64,000 nt of DNA, from NCBI GenBank assembly GCA_016189025.1, contig JACPGS010000007.1:1162-65161 (forward strand), in the 5' to 3' direction. The notes under the pieces were generated by a model, which was not told the DNA's origin, made no database searches, and was given only the letters and a program-made list of their open reading frames with translations. The position numbers and the translations under genes are program-made. This DNA comes from Candidatus Magasanikiibacteriota bacterium (lineage in GTDB: Bacteria; Patescibacteriota; Patescibacteriia; Magasanikbacterales; GWA2-37-8). Numbering within the stretch: the stretch's first letter is position 1; every line of letters begins with the position of its first letter. Positions 1 through 8,940 of this stretch are shown here, piece by piece.

Positions 1-1152
1 CGACCGATTCAGGATGGTCTGCGAATGGCGCAGCGACCCGACCGAGCGGTAGCGCACGCCGCGGTACGCGGGATGCTTAAGGATATTGCCGGAAAACAGC
101 GGCCGGGTCTGAATGCGATGATCTTCCAGATAGCGCACCAGGGTATTGCGGTCAAACGGCGCCTCTGATTTAATCGTTACCGGAAACGCCAGCCAGTTAA
201 CCCGCGTGCTTGGGAGCGTTTCCGGCAGATAAAACCATTCGGGATACTGCGCTAAGAAATTATAAATCCGCTTAAAAGCGCGGCGACGTAAGGCCAAGAA
301 TCCGGACAAGCGATCCAGTTGCGCCAGGCCAAAAGCCGCCTGCATCTCGGTGGGGCGGAAATTATAGCCCAGGCCGACAAAAACAAAAGCGCTGTCGTAG
401 GGCCGGCCGTCTAACTTAAAGGTAGCGAGCCGCGAGCGGATTTTTTGATCGTGGCGGGAAATGCCGCGGCCCCAGTCGCGCAACACCCGGGCGCGCTCGC
501 AGAGCGCCTGGTCATTAGTCATCAGCATGCCGCCGGCGCCGCCGGCAGTAATCACGTGCGAAGCGTAAAAGCTGGTGGTAACAATATCGCTCCAGCGTCC
601 CGAGGGCGCCCCGTTAATGGTGCCGCCGATGGTGTCGCAGCTGTCTTCAATCAAAAGCAGCCGGCGCCGGCGGCAGAGGGCGCGCAATCGCGGCAAGTCC
701 GCAAAATTGCCAATTAAATGCGGCACCATTAAGGCCGCAGTAGTTTTGGTAATCGCCCGCTCCACCGCCGCCACATCAATTACGTAAGAAGGAGTTACGT
801 CCACAAATACCGGCGTAAACCCCAGCTGGACAATAGGGCTCGCCGTAGTATTAAAAGTACAGGCCGGGGTAATCACTTCAGCGCCGCGCGGCAGATTACT
901 CGCCGCGAGCGCCAATAAATTGGCCGAGGAGCCGGAATTAACGAACAAGCCATAGCGCTTGCCGAAGAGCCGGGCGACTTTAGTTTCAAACGCCGCTGTA
1001 ATCTTGCCGGTGGTCAGCCAGCGCTGCCGGAGCGCTTGCTCTACCGCCCGCCCCTCGTGCTCGCCAAACGCATCGCCGCCGTTCGGCGCATACCACAGCC
1101 AGTCTTGGCCGGGCACAAAACGTTTGCGGGCGATGAGCGAGGGCAGGGGCAT
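1..1152 (-). CDS. DegT/DnrJ/EryC1/StrS-family PLP-dependent sugar aminotransferase/dehydrase (RfbH-like), 3' end runs off the window
   Basis: Manual translation from ATG 1152: MPLPSLIARKRFVPGQDWLWYAPN...LFVNSGSSANLLAL, with a SFYASHVIT PLP-site-like motif. Absent from the ORF track because it is truncated by the window edge. Confidence 0.85.
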   Translation of the reverse strand, partial: MPLPSLIARKRFVPGQDWLWYAPNGGDAFGEHEGRAVEQALRQRWLTTGKITAAFETKVARLFGKRYGLFVNSGSSANLLALAASNLPRGAEVITPACTFNTTASPIVQLGFTPVFVDVTPSYVIDVAAVERAITKTTAALMVPHLIGNFADLPRLRALCRRRRLLLIEDSCDTIGGTINGAPSGRWSDIVTTSFYASHVITAGGAGGMLMTNDQALCERARVLRDWGRGISRHDQKIRSRLATFKLDGRPYDSAFVFVGLGYNFRPTEMQAAFGLAQLDRLSGFLALRRRAFKRIYNFLAQYPEWFYLPETLPSTRVNWLAFPVTIKSEAPFDRNTLVRYLEDHRIQTRPLFSGNILKHPAYRGVRYRSVGSLRHSQTILNRS

Positions 1153-1155
1153 AAG

Positions 1156-2214
1156 TCAATGCAGTTCAATCTTCCCGCCCTCGGTTTCAATCGGCACTAC
1201 TCGCATCCACAGTTTGCTGCGCCACCAGTCTTCGTTTGCCCGATACCAGTCAATGGTCTGGCGGAGCCCCTCGCGAAAACTCACCTCGGGTTGCCAGCCC
1301 AGCACCCGCTGGATTTTGCCGGTGTCGGCAGTATGGCGGAACACCTGTCCAGGCCGATCGCCGACGTTTAACGCGTATGAAGTAAAATTAATCTCCGATG
1401 CCGCCCCGCCCGCCATCTCCTGCAGAATCAGCTCGGCAATTTGGCGGATGGCAATGCCGGCGCCGGCGCCGACATTAAACACTTCGCCCACCACCAAACC
1501 GGCGGGCGCCAGTGCCGCTAGTTCAATCGCCCGCGCCAAATCCGACACATAACTGAAGTCGCGCTGGCTCTCCCCCGTGCCATGCACCGTCAACGGCTCG
1601 CCCAAAATGCAGCTGGTGATAAAGCGCGGAATCACTTTCTCCAGGTGCTGACGCGGCCCGAACATATTAAAGGGCCGGATAATCACCGCCGGAATTTTAT
1701 AGGTAAGATAGTAAGCCATCACCAGCCGGTCGGCGCCGGCCTTGGCCGCGGCATAAGGACTCTGGGGAATTAAGGGATGGTCCTCGTTCATCAAAGGCTG
1801 CAGCGCCGTGCCGTATACCTCGGAAGTGGAAATGTGAATAAAACGCTCCACGGTGTCGCGGTGCGCCGCCACCGCATTGGCCACCCGCTGGGTGCCAATC
1901 ACGTCGGACTCAAAAAACGGACTGTCGTCGTGAATGGAGCGCGTGACATGCGTTTCCGCGGCAAAATGAATAACGATGTGCGATTGCGCCACTAATTGCT
2001 CTACCACCTTGGCATTGCGCACGTCGCCGTAAATAAAACGAAAGTTAGGCGCGCTGGCAATACGGCTGGGGATATTGCGAAAATCACCGGCATAAGTCAA
2101 AGCATCCAGCACTAAGTAGCGCCACTCGGGATGGCGGGTAAAAAAATAATCCAAAACATAGCTGCCGATAAATCCGGCGGCGCCGGTCATCAAAACGGTT
2201 TTAGTCGGCTCCAT
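1156..2214 (-). CDS. rfbB: dTDP-glucose 4,6-dehydratase-like extended SDR
   Basis: TGAAGFIG, LDALTYAG, HFAAETHV, STSEVYG, PYAAAK motifs. Confidence 0.85.
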   Translation of the reverse strand: MEPTKTVLMTGAAGFIGSYVLDYFFTRHPEWRYLVLDALTYAGDFRNIPSRIASAPNFRFIYGDVRNAKVVEQLVAQSHIVIHFAAETHVTRSIHDDSPFFESDVIGTQRVANAVAAHRDTVERFIHISTSEVYGTALQPLMNEDHPLIPQSPYAAAKAGADRLVMAYYLTYKIPAVIIRPFNMFGPRQHLEKVIPRFITSCILGEPLTVHGTGESQRDFSYVSDLARAIELAALAPAGLVVGEVFNVGAGAGIAIRQIAELILQEMAGGAASEINFTSYALNVGDRPGQVFRHTADTGKIQRVLGWQPEVSFREGLRQTIDWYRANEDWWRSKLWMRVVPIETEGGKIELH

Positions 2215-2218
2215 AAAA

Positions 2219-4030
2219 TTATTGGGGAAGATAATTTACGCTATAAATAGCATAAAAATCATCGGCATATTCCGGCCGCAAGCCGGTCTGATTATACCGC
2301 TCCCCGCCCGCTGGGTCAAGCTCTTTATTGTGGACGACATAGGTAACATTATAGCGGCGCAACGATTCGGCCGGGCGCACTTTTACTTCGGCAACATAGC
2401 GCTTAAATAAATCAATAAAATACTGCTCTCCGCGCCAGGAAACGGCCGTCGCCAATTCGCCGCACGGCCGCCCCAGGCGCGGCAGCTGCAGCAGCCAGCA
2501 AATTTTAACGGCGCGGTTATGCGTGCGATACTGATGCACGGCATTACCGACGCCGGCGTAAGTCTGAAAATCCCGCTCCAGATATTCCGGCGTCAATTCT
2601 TTAAATAGACTAGCGACCAAATAGCGGTCCTCTGCCTCGCGCGACGACAACAGATGCAAAATGCCTCCATTGGCAAAGAGCACGTAATGTTTGGTGAGCG
2701 CCGGAATATAGCTGGAGAGAGGATCGGCAGGGCCGGTCAACACTACCTGGGGTTTGGGCGCGGCCTGCTCCAGCCATTGGAGGGCTGGCAAGGAGTGGCG
2801 AAACCGCTCGTAGAGCGCTGCGGTATCATTGCGGGAGCGGAAAAACGACCAGTAGTGGCGGGCCAGGTAGCCCAGGCCAAGAATACTAAACACGAATAAT
2901 GCCAGCAGCAAATAACGCCGGGCACGATTTAAAACCCGCCAACCATCCCGATCTTTTATCGCTAATGCCAGGTAAGCCACCAATGCTAACGGCTGCCAGA
3001 CGGTCATAAAGCGGGAAATGTGCCCGGGCAATTCCAGGTCTTTGCCGGTAATGATGTTGCTGAAAGTTACTCCGATTAAAGCCAACCCGCTGCCAAGAAA
3101 AGTATAGAACGCGGTTCGCGCTAGCGAATTATCTCGCCAGTGATTGAAGAAGCGGTAGGTCAGCCACCATAGCCCTACCAGCGCCGCCACGCCAAAACTG
3201 GTATAAACCGCCTCGGCCATCGGCAGGCGGGTCTGCACCAAACCAATGCGCTCCATAGTTTCCCAGTAATAAGGATGCTGCAGTTGTCGGACGGTATAAA
3301 TAATCATCGGCAACGACAAAACAATCACTCCGGCTGCCATTAGCAACAGGCGCCGGAGGAGCAGCGTGCGCTGCCGCCGCGTGAACAAAAAAATTAAACC
3401 GGCCAGCACTAACCAGGCCAGCGCTACCTGGGCCAGGTAGGTATAAACGTAAAAAGTACCGGCGGCGGACAAAACAAAAAATACCTGCCGCGCCCGCGCG
3501 GTTGGTTGCTTAAACCACACAATAAACGACAGCAGTAGTAGTAGCCAAAAGGGAAATACGGTCTGCATGGAAACCGGCGTAATGATAATAAAGTATCCTT
3601 GGGCAAAGGTTAGCAACGCCCCGAGAGCGCTTCCCCATTTAGACACCCCCAACTGCGACAAAATCAAATAGGAGAAACAGATAAATACGGCAGACCAAAT
3701 CGCAACGTTGAGGAGGATAGTCGCGGCGAGCGGCAGCCCGGCAAACAAAGGCAGGGCGGCCAGCCAGTCGGCCACAAAAAACGCCGGCGCCGGATCGCGG
3801 TTATGCTCCTTAAAATACGGATTGCCGATAAAAGGAAACCCGTCCTTAATTTCGCGCAGCCGCGCGTTATAATAAGTGGAGCCGTAAGTGTGATGCGCCA
3901 GCAAGGCTAAAATTTCGCCGCGCGACCACTGGCGCACCTGGTAGGCCGCCACTATTCCCGGCAGGGCGGCCAGCAGGATAGCGACTGCCGATAAGCCGAT
4001 TAAAAATTTAAGGTGTGATTTCATAATCAT
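2219..4030 (-). CDS. Polytopic membrane protein, possibly GT-C fold glycosyltransferase/polymerase
   Basis: 603 aa with many hydrophobic segments, inside glycan locus; start may be 4024. Confidence 0.55.
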   Translation of the reverse strand: MIMKSHLKFLIGLSAVAILLAALPGIVAAYQVRQWSRGEILALLAHHTYGSTYYNARLREIKDGFPFIGNPYFKEHNRDPAPAFFVADWLAALPLFAGLPLAATILLNVAIWSAVFICFSYLILSQLGVSKWGSALGALLTFAQGYFIIITPVSMQTVFPFWLLLLLSFIVWFKQPTARARQVFFVLSAAGTFYVYTYLAQVALAWLVLAGLIFLFTRRQRTLLLRRLLLMAAGVIVLSLPMIIYTVRQLQHPYYWETMERIGLVQTRLPMAEAVYTSFGVAALVGLWWLTYRFFNHWRDNSLARTAFYTFLGSGLALIGVTFSNIITGKDLELPGHISRFMTVWQPLALVAYLALAIKDRDGWRVLNRARRYLLLALFVFSILGLGYLARHYWSFFRSRNDTAALYERFRHSLPALQWLEQAAPKPQVVLTGPADPLSSYIPALTKHYVLFANGGILHLLSSREAEDRYLVASLFKELTPEYLERDFQTYAGVGNAVHQYRTHNRAVKICWLLQLPRLGRPCGELATAVSWRGEQYFIDLFKRYVAEVKVRPAESLRRYNVTYVVHNKELDPAGGERYNQTGLRPEYADDFYAIYSVNYLPQ

Positions 4031-4218
4031 GAGACTGCAGAAGAATAGAAATGACTAGTTAGCATCAGGGCGCGACAGACGAGTGTCTTTGGGCGCGCAC
4101 CCCGATTAAATCGGGGGAGCACCCAAAGAGTGTCTGCCGCGACCAACCAAGTAAATTTTAGCAATAGCGACAGCGACCAGGCGGAAAATGACATAGTTGA
4201 CATTCTTCTACAGTCTTA
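4030..4218 (+). mobile_element. MITE-like family A, copy 1
   Basis: Terminal inverted repeats TGAGACTGCAGAAGAAT / ATTCTTCTACAGTCTTA; internal sequence shared with other copies. Confidence 0.85.
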
Positions 4219-4227
4219 ATAAAAACT

Positions 4228-5115
4228 CTATTTCTTGCGCGCCAGCAAAAAAAAGTTATCGCGCAGATTAAGCGAGAGCGAACGCCGGCCCCAGGCTGAC
4301 TGCTGGGCCCGGCGCGCCAGCGACGGCCAGGGCCAGTATGGTTGCCAGCGGGCGATCGTTGCCAATAGATAAGCAACCGTAAATCGCTTACCGATTTTTT
4401 CTGCCGGCAATACGGCAAATCCTAAAGCAGATAACAGCGCCGACAGATTCCGCGGATTAAAATAAACCAGGTGTTCCGGCGGCACTAACTGGTGCCAGAA
4501 ACGCCCGAGGAGCAACGCATACCAGCTGCCGGCGTCCGGAGTATTGATCGCCAGAATTCCTCCTGGCTTCAGCAAAACTAAAACCCGCTCCAGAGCAGCC
4601 TGGGGGTTAGGCAGATGCTCAATCACATCCCACAGGGTAATAACATCAAAATAATTTTCGGCCCCGGTCACCGTATCCAGGGTGCCGGTTTGGACGTCTA
4701 ACCCCTGCGCCCGCCCCCGCCCGGCGGCATAATCCGAAGGTTCCACACCACTCCCCTGCCAGCCGCGCTCGCCGGCTAATTTAACAAAATATCCGGTCGC
4801 GGCGCCCACATCCAACAGCCGCCCCCGCGCCGGCAGCAGGCGCTCTAAGCGATCCAAATATTGTAAAAAGGTACCCCGCATCGCCGCTTTGTCGGCATCG
4901 TAATCAGAATAGCCAAAACCATGGCGGCCGCCGGCAAAATACTGCTCGCCATAGAGCCCGGACCAATCGGGCTCCGGCCAGGGAAAGACAAAACGAGCGG
5001 CACAGTCCTGGCAGCGGTAAATCCGGCAGTTATTTTTAACAACAAAAAATTTACTACGGCCACTGCCGCAGACCGGACAAGGGGAAATTATTGGTTGCTC
5101 CAAATCATCTGCCAT
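4228..5115 (-). CDS. Class I SAM-dependent methyltransferase with N-terminal Zn-ribbon
   Basis: CPVC..CQDC, LLDVGAATG, VITLWDVIEH; likely start MADDLEQ at 5115. Confidence 0.85.
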   Translation of the reverse strand: MADDLEQPIISPCPVCGSGRSKFFVVKNNCRIYRCQDCAARFVFPWPEPDWSGLYGEQYFAGGRHGFGYSDYDADKAAMRGTFLQYLDRLERLLPARGRLLDVGAATGYFVKLAGERGWQGSGVEPSDYAAGRGRAQGLDVQTGTLDTVTGAENYFDVITLWDVIEHLPNPQAALERVLVLLKPGGILAINTPDAGSWYALLLGRFWHQLVPPEHLVYFNPRNLSALLSALGFAVLPAEKIGKRFTVAYLLATIARWQPYWPWPSLARRAQQSAWGRRSLSLNLRDNFFLLARKK

Positions 5116-5795
5116 GGCGCTAAAATGGCTTCGCGAATAATATGGCCGGAAATTTTGGATTCGCCGGTGCGGCGATTGCGGAAAGTAATCGGCAGTTCGG
5201 CAAACCGCGCCGCCGCCCGCCACAGGCGGTATTTGAGCTCAATCTGAAAAGCATAACCCGAGGCGCTGAATTGCCTTAAGTCAAGCTGGCGCAAGAGCCT
5301 GGTGGCAAGGGCATTAAACCCGCCGGTGCAGTCCGCCACCGGCAGCCGGGTAATGGAACGCGCATACCAATTGCCGCCGCGGCTTAAGAGGCGCCGCCAG
5401 CTTTCCCAGCCGATTAATTTGCCACCCGGCACGTAGCGCGAACCAACGACCACATCAGCGTTCGCGCGCGCCGCGATTAAACCGGGCAGCGCCGCCGGAT
5501 CGTGCGACAAATCCGCATCCATCATTACTATCGTCTCTACTTCTGGATCGCGCAAAACTTCAGCGAAAGCATGGCGATAAGCCGGTCCCAGGCCCTCCTT
5601 GCGCTCGCGCCGCAATACGGAAAGACGCGGAAATTGGGAACGCAAGGAGAGCGCCAGCCCGGCGGTGCCGTCCGGCGAATTATCGTCTACTATCAGTACG
5701 CGCGCTTCCGGGAGAGAACTAAAAATTCCGCTAAGCAGCGGCGGCAAATTCTCGCGTTCGTTATAGGTGGGAACGACAACGGTAACTGGCGACAC
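5088..5795 (-). CDS. Polyprenol-monophosphomannose synthase-like GT2
   Basis: VVVPTYNERENL, VDDNSPDGT, MDADLSHDP, GSRYVPGG. Confidence 0.9.
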   Translation of the reverse strand: MSPVTVVVPTYNERENLPPLLSGIFSSLPEARVLIVDDNSPDGTAGLALSLRSQFPRLSVLRRERKEGLGPAYRHAFAEVLRDPEVETIVMMDADLSHDPAALPGLIAARANADVVVGSRYVPGGKLIGWESWRRLLSRGGNWYARSITRLPVADCTGGFNALATRLLRQLDLRQFSASGYAFQIELKYRLWRAAARFAELPITFRNRRTGESKISGHIIREAILAPWQMIWSNQ

Positions 5796-5798
5796 AAA

Positions 5799-6944
5799 TT
5801 ATTTATTCACCGCGGCTAAAATGATGGCGGCCCGCGCCTGCCAGCTAAACTGCCGGCTCAACCGGCGCGAATTTTCCGCCAGTATAGCACAACGCGCCCG
5901 GTCTGCCAACAAATTGGCAAGGCTTCTAGCTAGGCTGGCCGGGTCATCGGGCCTAAACCACGCCGTGGTTTCTTCTGAGAGCACCTCGCGCAGCGCCGGG
6001 ACGTCCGCGGCAATAATCGGCCGCCCGGCGGCCAGATATTCAAACAGTTTAAGCGGCGAGGTATAGCGCGCGCCAATGTCAGTGTGCGCGCTGTTCGGCA
6101 GCACTAATACATCGGCGGCTGCTAGCCACCGCGGGATACGCTCCGGGCTCTGCCAGGGCACAATAGTCAGCTGGGGATTACTGTAGCGCTGCTGAAAAAC
6201 AGCTGCTTCAGCCGCGCTCCCGCCCACTAAATAAATCTGTGCCTTGCTGGCAACCGGTAAATGAGTGGCCGCAGCAGCCAAAGTATCTGCCCCTTTCCAA
6301 GAATAAAGATGGCCGGTGTAAACAACAATCGGCTGGTCCAGGGGCAAACCCAGTTCCCGGCGACATTCGGCCTGGCTGGGCAATCCCGCAAACATTTCTA
6401 AATCAACCGCGTCGCGGGCAATGGTGATTTTGCCAGCGGGGATTCCTATCTTCACTAGCGCTTCTTTCAGGCCGGCGCTAATCACAATAATTCCCTGGCA
6501 GCGCTCCCAGGTGCGCCGGTGGAACCCGGTTATCCGCTGCGGCAGGGTGTGGAGCTCCAGATATACCGGCTGGAGGCGGCGCGCCAGGAACCAGGCAATG
6601 ATGCTATCGCGAGTATAATAAATGCCAGGCGGGGCTGTCGCCAAATACCGTCGCGCCGCGCGGTAAAAAGTATAGCTCAAAATGAAAAAGCCTACCCTCC
6701 CCCACCCCCCGCTCGTTACCAAATCAAGCGCCGGCAGGCGGACAAGGGGAAACCTGGGCGCCGCCTGAAAAAATTCAAACGGATCAACGGCGGAATCAAC
6801 GCGCCGATCAGGCACCAGCATAGTCAACGGCGCCCCGGCCGCGGTCAGCGCCGCCGCGGTCTTGATAATCTGCCACCCATGCGCCCGGTCGCTGGGCAGG
6901 CGGATGGTGGCGAGGTAGTAAAAGGGCCGGGGCATAGGAGGCAA
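5799..6944 (-). CDS. Glycosyltransferase family 4
   Basis: YTGHLYSWKG, SPLKLFEYLAAGRPII. Confidence 0.9.
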   Translation of the reverse strand: MPPMPRPFYYLATIRLPSDRAHGWQIIKTAAALTAAGAPLTMLVPDRRVDSAVDPFEFFQAAPRFPLVRLPALDLVTSGGWGRVGFFILSYTFYRAARRYLATAPPGIYYTRDSIIAWFLARRLQPVYLELHTLPQRITGFHRRTWERCQGIIVISAGLKEALVKIGIPAGKITIARDAVDLEMFAGLPSQAECRRELGLPLDQPIVVYTGHLYSWKGADTLAAAATHLPVASKAQIYLVGGSAAEAAVFQQRYSNPQLTIVPWQSPERIPRWLAAADVLVLPNSAHTDIGARYTSPLKLFEYLAAGRPIIAADVPALREVLSEETTAWFRPDDPASLARSLANLLADRARCAILAENSRRLSRQFSWQARAAIILAAVNK

Positions 6945-7032
6945 GATCTCAAAATTAATAAATAAAATATATGGCTGTGGATAATTTTTTGGCTAACTTG
7001 TGCTATTTATCGTTTATGGAATCAAAATGCAA

Positions 7033-7060
7033 TTGACAAACCTCCTATTTTCTGATAATG
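7033..7060 (+). promoter_or_regulatory. Putative sigma70 promoter for the DUF3800-convergent RNA
   Basis: TTGACA at 7033-7038 followed by GATAAT/TAATGT; DnaA-box-like TGTGGATAA at 6976-6984. Confidence 0.55.
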
Positions 7061-7065
7061 TAGAA

Positions 7066-7164
7066 ATACATAAACCTGTATTCCGAACTGTCACCGGACG
7101 GTGGCGTGGCTGGGACATCCAGCATAGGAACGTGGTTGAAAAGAGCCCTTCGGGGCTGTTTTTT
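7066..7164 (+). ncRNA. Structured ncRNA convergent with the DUF3800 gene (candidate DUF3800-associated RNA motif)
   Basis: Nested stems AACC/GGTT and TTCC/GGAA enclose hairpins GTCACC-GGAC-GGTGGC and GCTGG-GACAT-CCAGC; ends in terminator AGCCC-TTCG-GGGCT plus T-run. Confidence 0.65.
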
Positions 7165-7165
7165 G

Positions 7166-7792
7166 TTATTTAAACTTCCATTCGTCCTGGATATGATTTT
7201 TAATTATTTTCTTATACACTACAGCGTCGGTCTTGAAATCCTCATACGAACGATGAATACTACCAGCAATCATATCGGCCATTTGAATGAGCACATTCTC
7301 CCTTGAATCCACTAACTTGCAATGCTGCACAATACGTCGCTCATCACTATTTAATTGTGAACGTAGATAACTCACAAAGCTTCTCCGAAAAACACGATCC
7401 CCGCTGCCGTCTACCTTTATCTTCGCATCCAGAATTTTTCCATCACTATATTGCAACACCAACTTAATGGCATAACTATAAAACGACCTCTTATTTGTTC
7501 GCAGCTCCTCACTTCGAATAATAGACTTATCAATAACTAAACTCCGCACCGCAAATGAGAAAGGTAAAATTGTTCTCAAGAATTGTTCGCGGACAGTCTT
7601 GCGTGATTTCGCGAATTTAAACTCTACCGTATCGGGGAAACCCAGTCGGCGCCGCAGTTCCTTGATGGCCACGGCCGCCTTTTCTGCTTCTAGTGGATCG
7701 CGAAAAATAATCAAGGAAATGATAAAGTACCGGCTCGAACCCCGGTCTAGCTTAAATCCCGGATCACCAGAATCATCTATGAATACGAGCAT
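7166..7792 (-). CDS. DUF3800 domain protein
   Basis: N-terminal VFIDDSGDPG and C-terminal LIQMADMIAG motifs typical of DUF3800. Confidence 0.85.
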   Translation of the reverse strand: MLVFIDDSGDPGFKLDRGSSRYFIISLIIFRDPLEAEKAAVAIKELRRRLGFPDTVEFKFAKSRKTVREQFLRTILPFSFAVRSLVIDKSIIRSEELRTNKRSFYSYAIKLVLQYSDGKILDAKIKVDGSGDRVFRRSFVSYLRSQLNSDERRIVQHCKLVDSRENVLIQMADMIAGSIHRSYEDFKTDAVVYKKIIKNHIQDEWKFK

Positions 7793-7817
7793 AAATTTTC
7801 CTCTTTAGCAACTAACT

Positions 7818-8075
7818 CTACTTTTTTCTCCCCCACCACCGCCGCACTATCGGCAAAGACAGCGTGGAGAGCAAATAACCGGCAGCAGGAACAAGCGCCT
7901 TAAGGAAAGAATTGGGGTCGTGGATCATCAGGAGCCAAATGGCGGCGACAATATACGTCAGCGCGGCAAGGAACAGCCGGCGGGTCCAGCTGGTTTCCCA
8001 GGCTTTATCCAGCTCCACCCGCGCGTTGCGCGCTTTGATGTCAGCGATGTCTTGAAATAATTCTTCTATATTCAT
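7818..8075 (-). CDS. Small membrane protein, hypothetical
   Basis: 85 aa, RNARVELDKAWETSWTRR followed by two TM segments. Confidence 0.7.
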   Translation of the reverse strand: MNIEELFQDIADIKARNARVELDKAWETSWTRRLFLAALTYIVAAIWLLMIHDPNSFLKALVPAAGYLLSTLSLPIVRRWWGRKK

Positions 8076-8080
8076 ACCAA

Positions 8081-8731
8081 TTACTCCTTCACTTGGTAGA
8101 GCGCCAAATGGAATAAATCCAGGGGCGCCGGGAGGGGAAGTTTTTTCAGCTTTAATAGTTCAAACCTGGAAGCGCGGATAATACGCTCTACGCCGCGGGC
8201 ATTGTGATAATGCACGCCGGCGCCAGGGCCGTGCTCCATCGAATAAGTTCCCTTGAGCACAAAGCGCAGGGTTTTGTACCAGGCCGACTCCACCGGCTCG
8301 CTGGTAATCAGGTAGCCGCCGGGCTTAAGAACGCGCCGGAATTCGGCGAGAGGCGGCAGCAAGTCGGCGATGTGCTCCAGCGTATCCAAAGTAACAATAG
8401 CGTCAAAGGAATGGCTGGGGAATTGCAGGGCATTCAGGTCCTGCACGGCAAAGTGCGCCGGCGCGAGCTTTTGCTTAAGTTCCCCGACTGACGGGTTCAG
8501 ATCAATCCCCCAAATCTCGCCGCCGGTCCAGCCCGATTTCAGTACTAGCTCAATAAATGCTCCCTGGCCGCAGCCGACGTCTAAAAAATTCCTCGCTTCA
8601 GTTTGCCGCAGAAAATCACGGGCAATCGTCAGGCGCCGATGGAATAACCAGCGCACCAGCGGATTGGCCGATTGATACTCGGGCACGATTTCGTGGAGTC
8701 CGATGTCAAATTTTTGGCGCGTGTCCAGCAT
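8081..8731 (-). CDS. Class I SAM-dependent methyltransferase
   Basis: FLDVGCGQG, FDAIVTLDTLEH, RVLKPGG. Confidence 0.9.
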   Translation of the reverse strand: MLDTRQKFDIGLHEIVPEYQSANPLVRWLFHRRLTIARDFLRQTEARNFLDVGCGQGAFIELVLKSGWTGGEIWGIDLNPSVGELKQKLAPAHFAVQDLNALQFPSHSFDAIVTLDTLEHIADLLPPLAEFRRVLKPGGYLITSEPVESAWYKTLRFVLKGTYSMEHGPGAGVHYHNARGVERIIRASRFELLKLKKLPLPAPLDLFHLALYQVKE

Positions 8732-8733
8732 AT

Positions 8734-8923
8734 TGAGACTGTAGAAGAATTGAAAAATCAGTTAGCATCGGGGCGTGGCAGACGAGTGTCTTTGGGCGCG
8801 CATCCCCCGCGTCGGCGGGGGGAGCACCCAAAGAGTGTCTGCCACGCCCGACCAGGTTAAACTTAGCAATAGCGATAGCGACCAGTTAAATAGCAGTATT
8901 TCCGGCATTCTTCTACAGTCTCA
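8734..8923 (+). mobile_element. MITE-like family A, copy 2
   Basis: Perfect TIR TGAGACTGTAGAAGAAT / ATTCTTCTACAGTCTCA flanked by ATAT on both sides. Confidence 0.9.
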
Positions 8924-8940
8924 ATATTGAAAAGGTTGGC

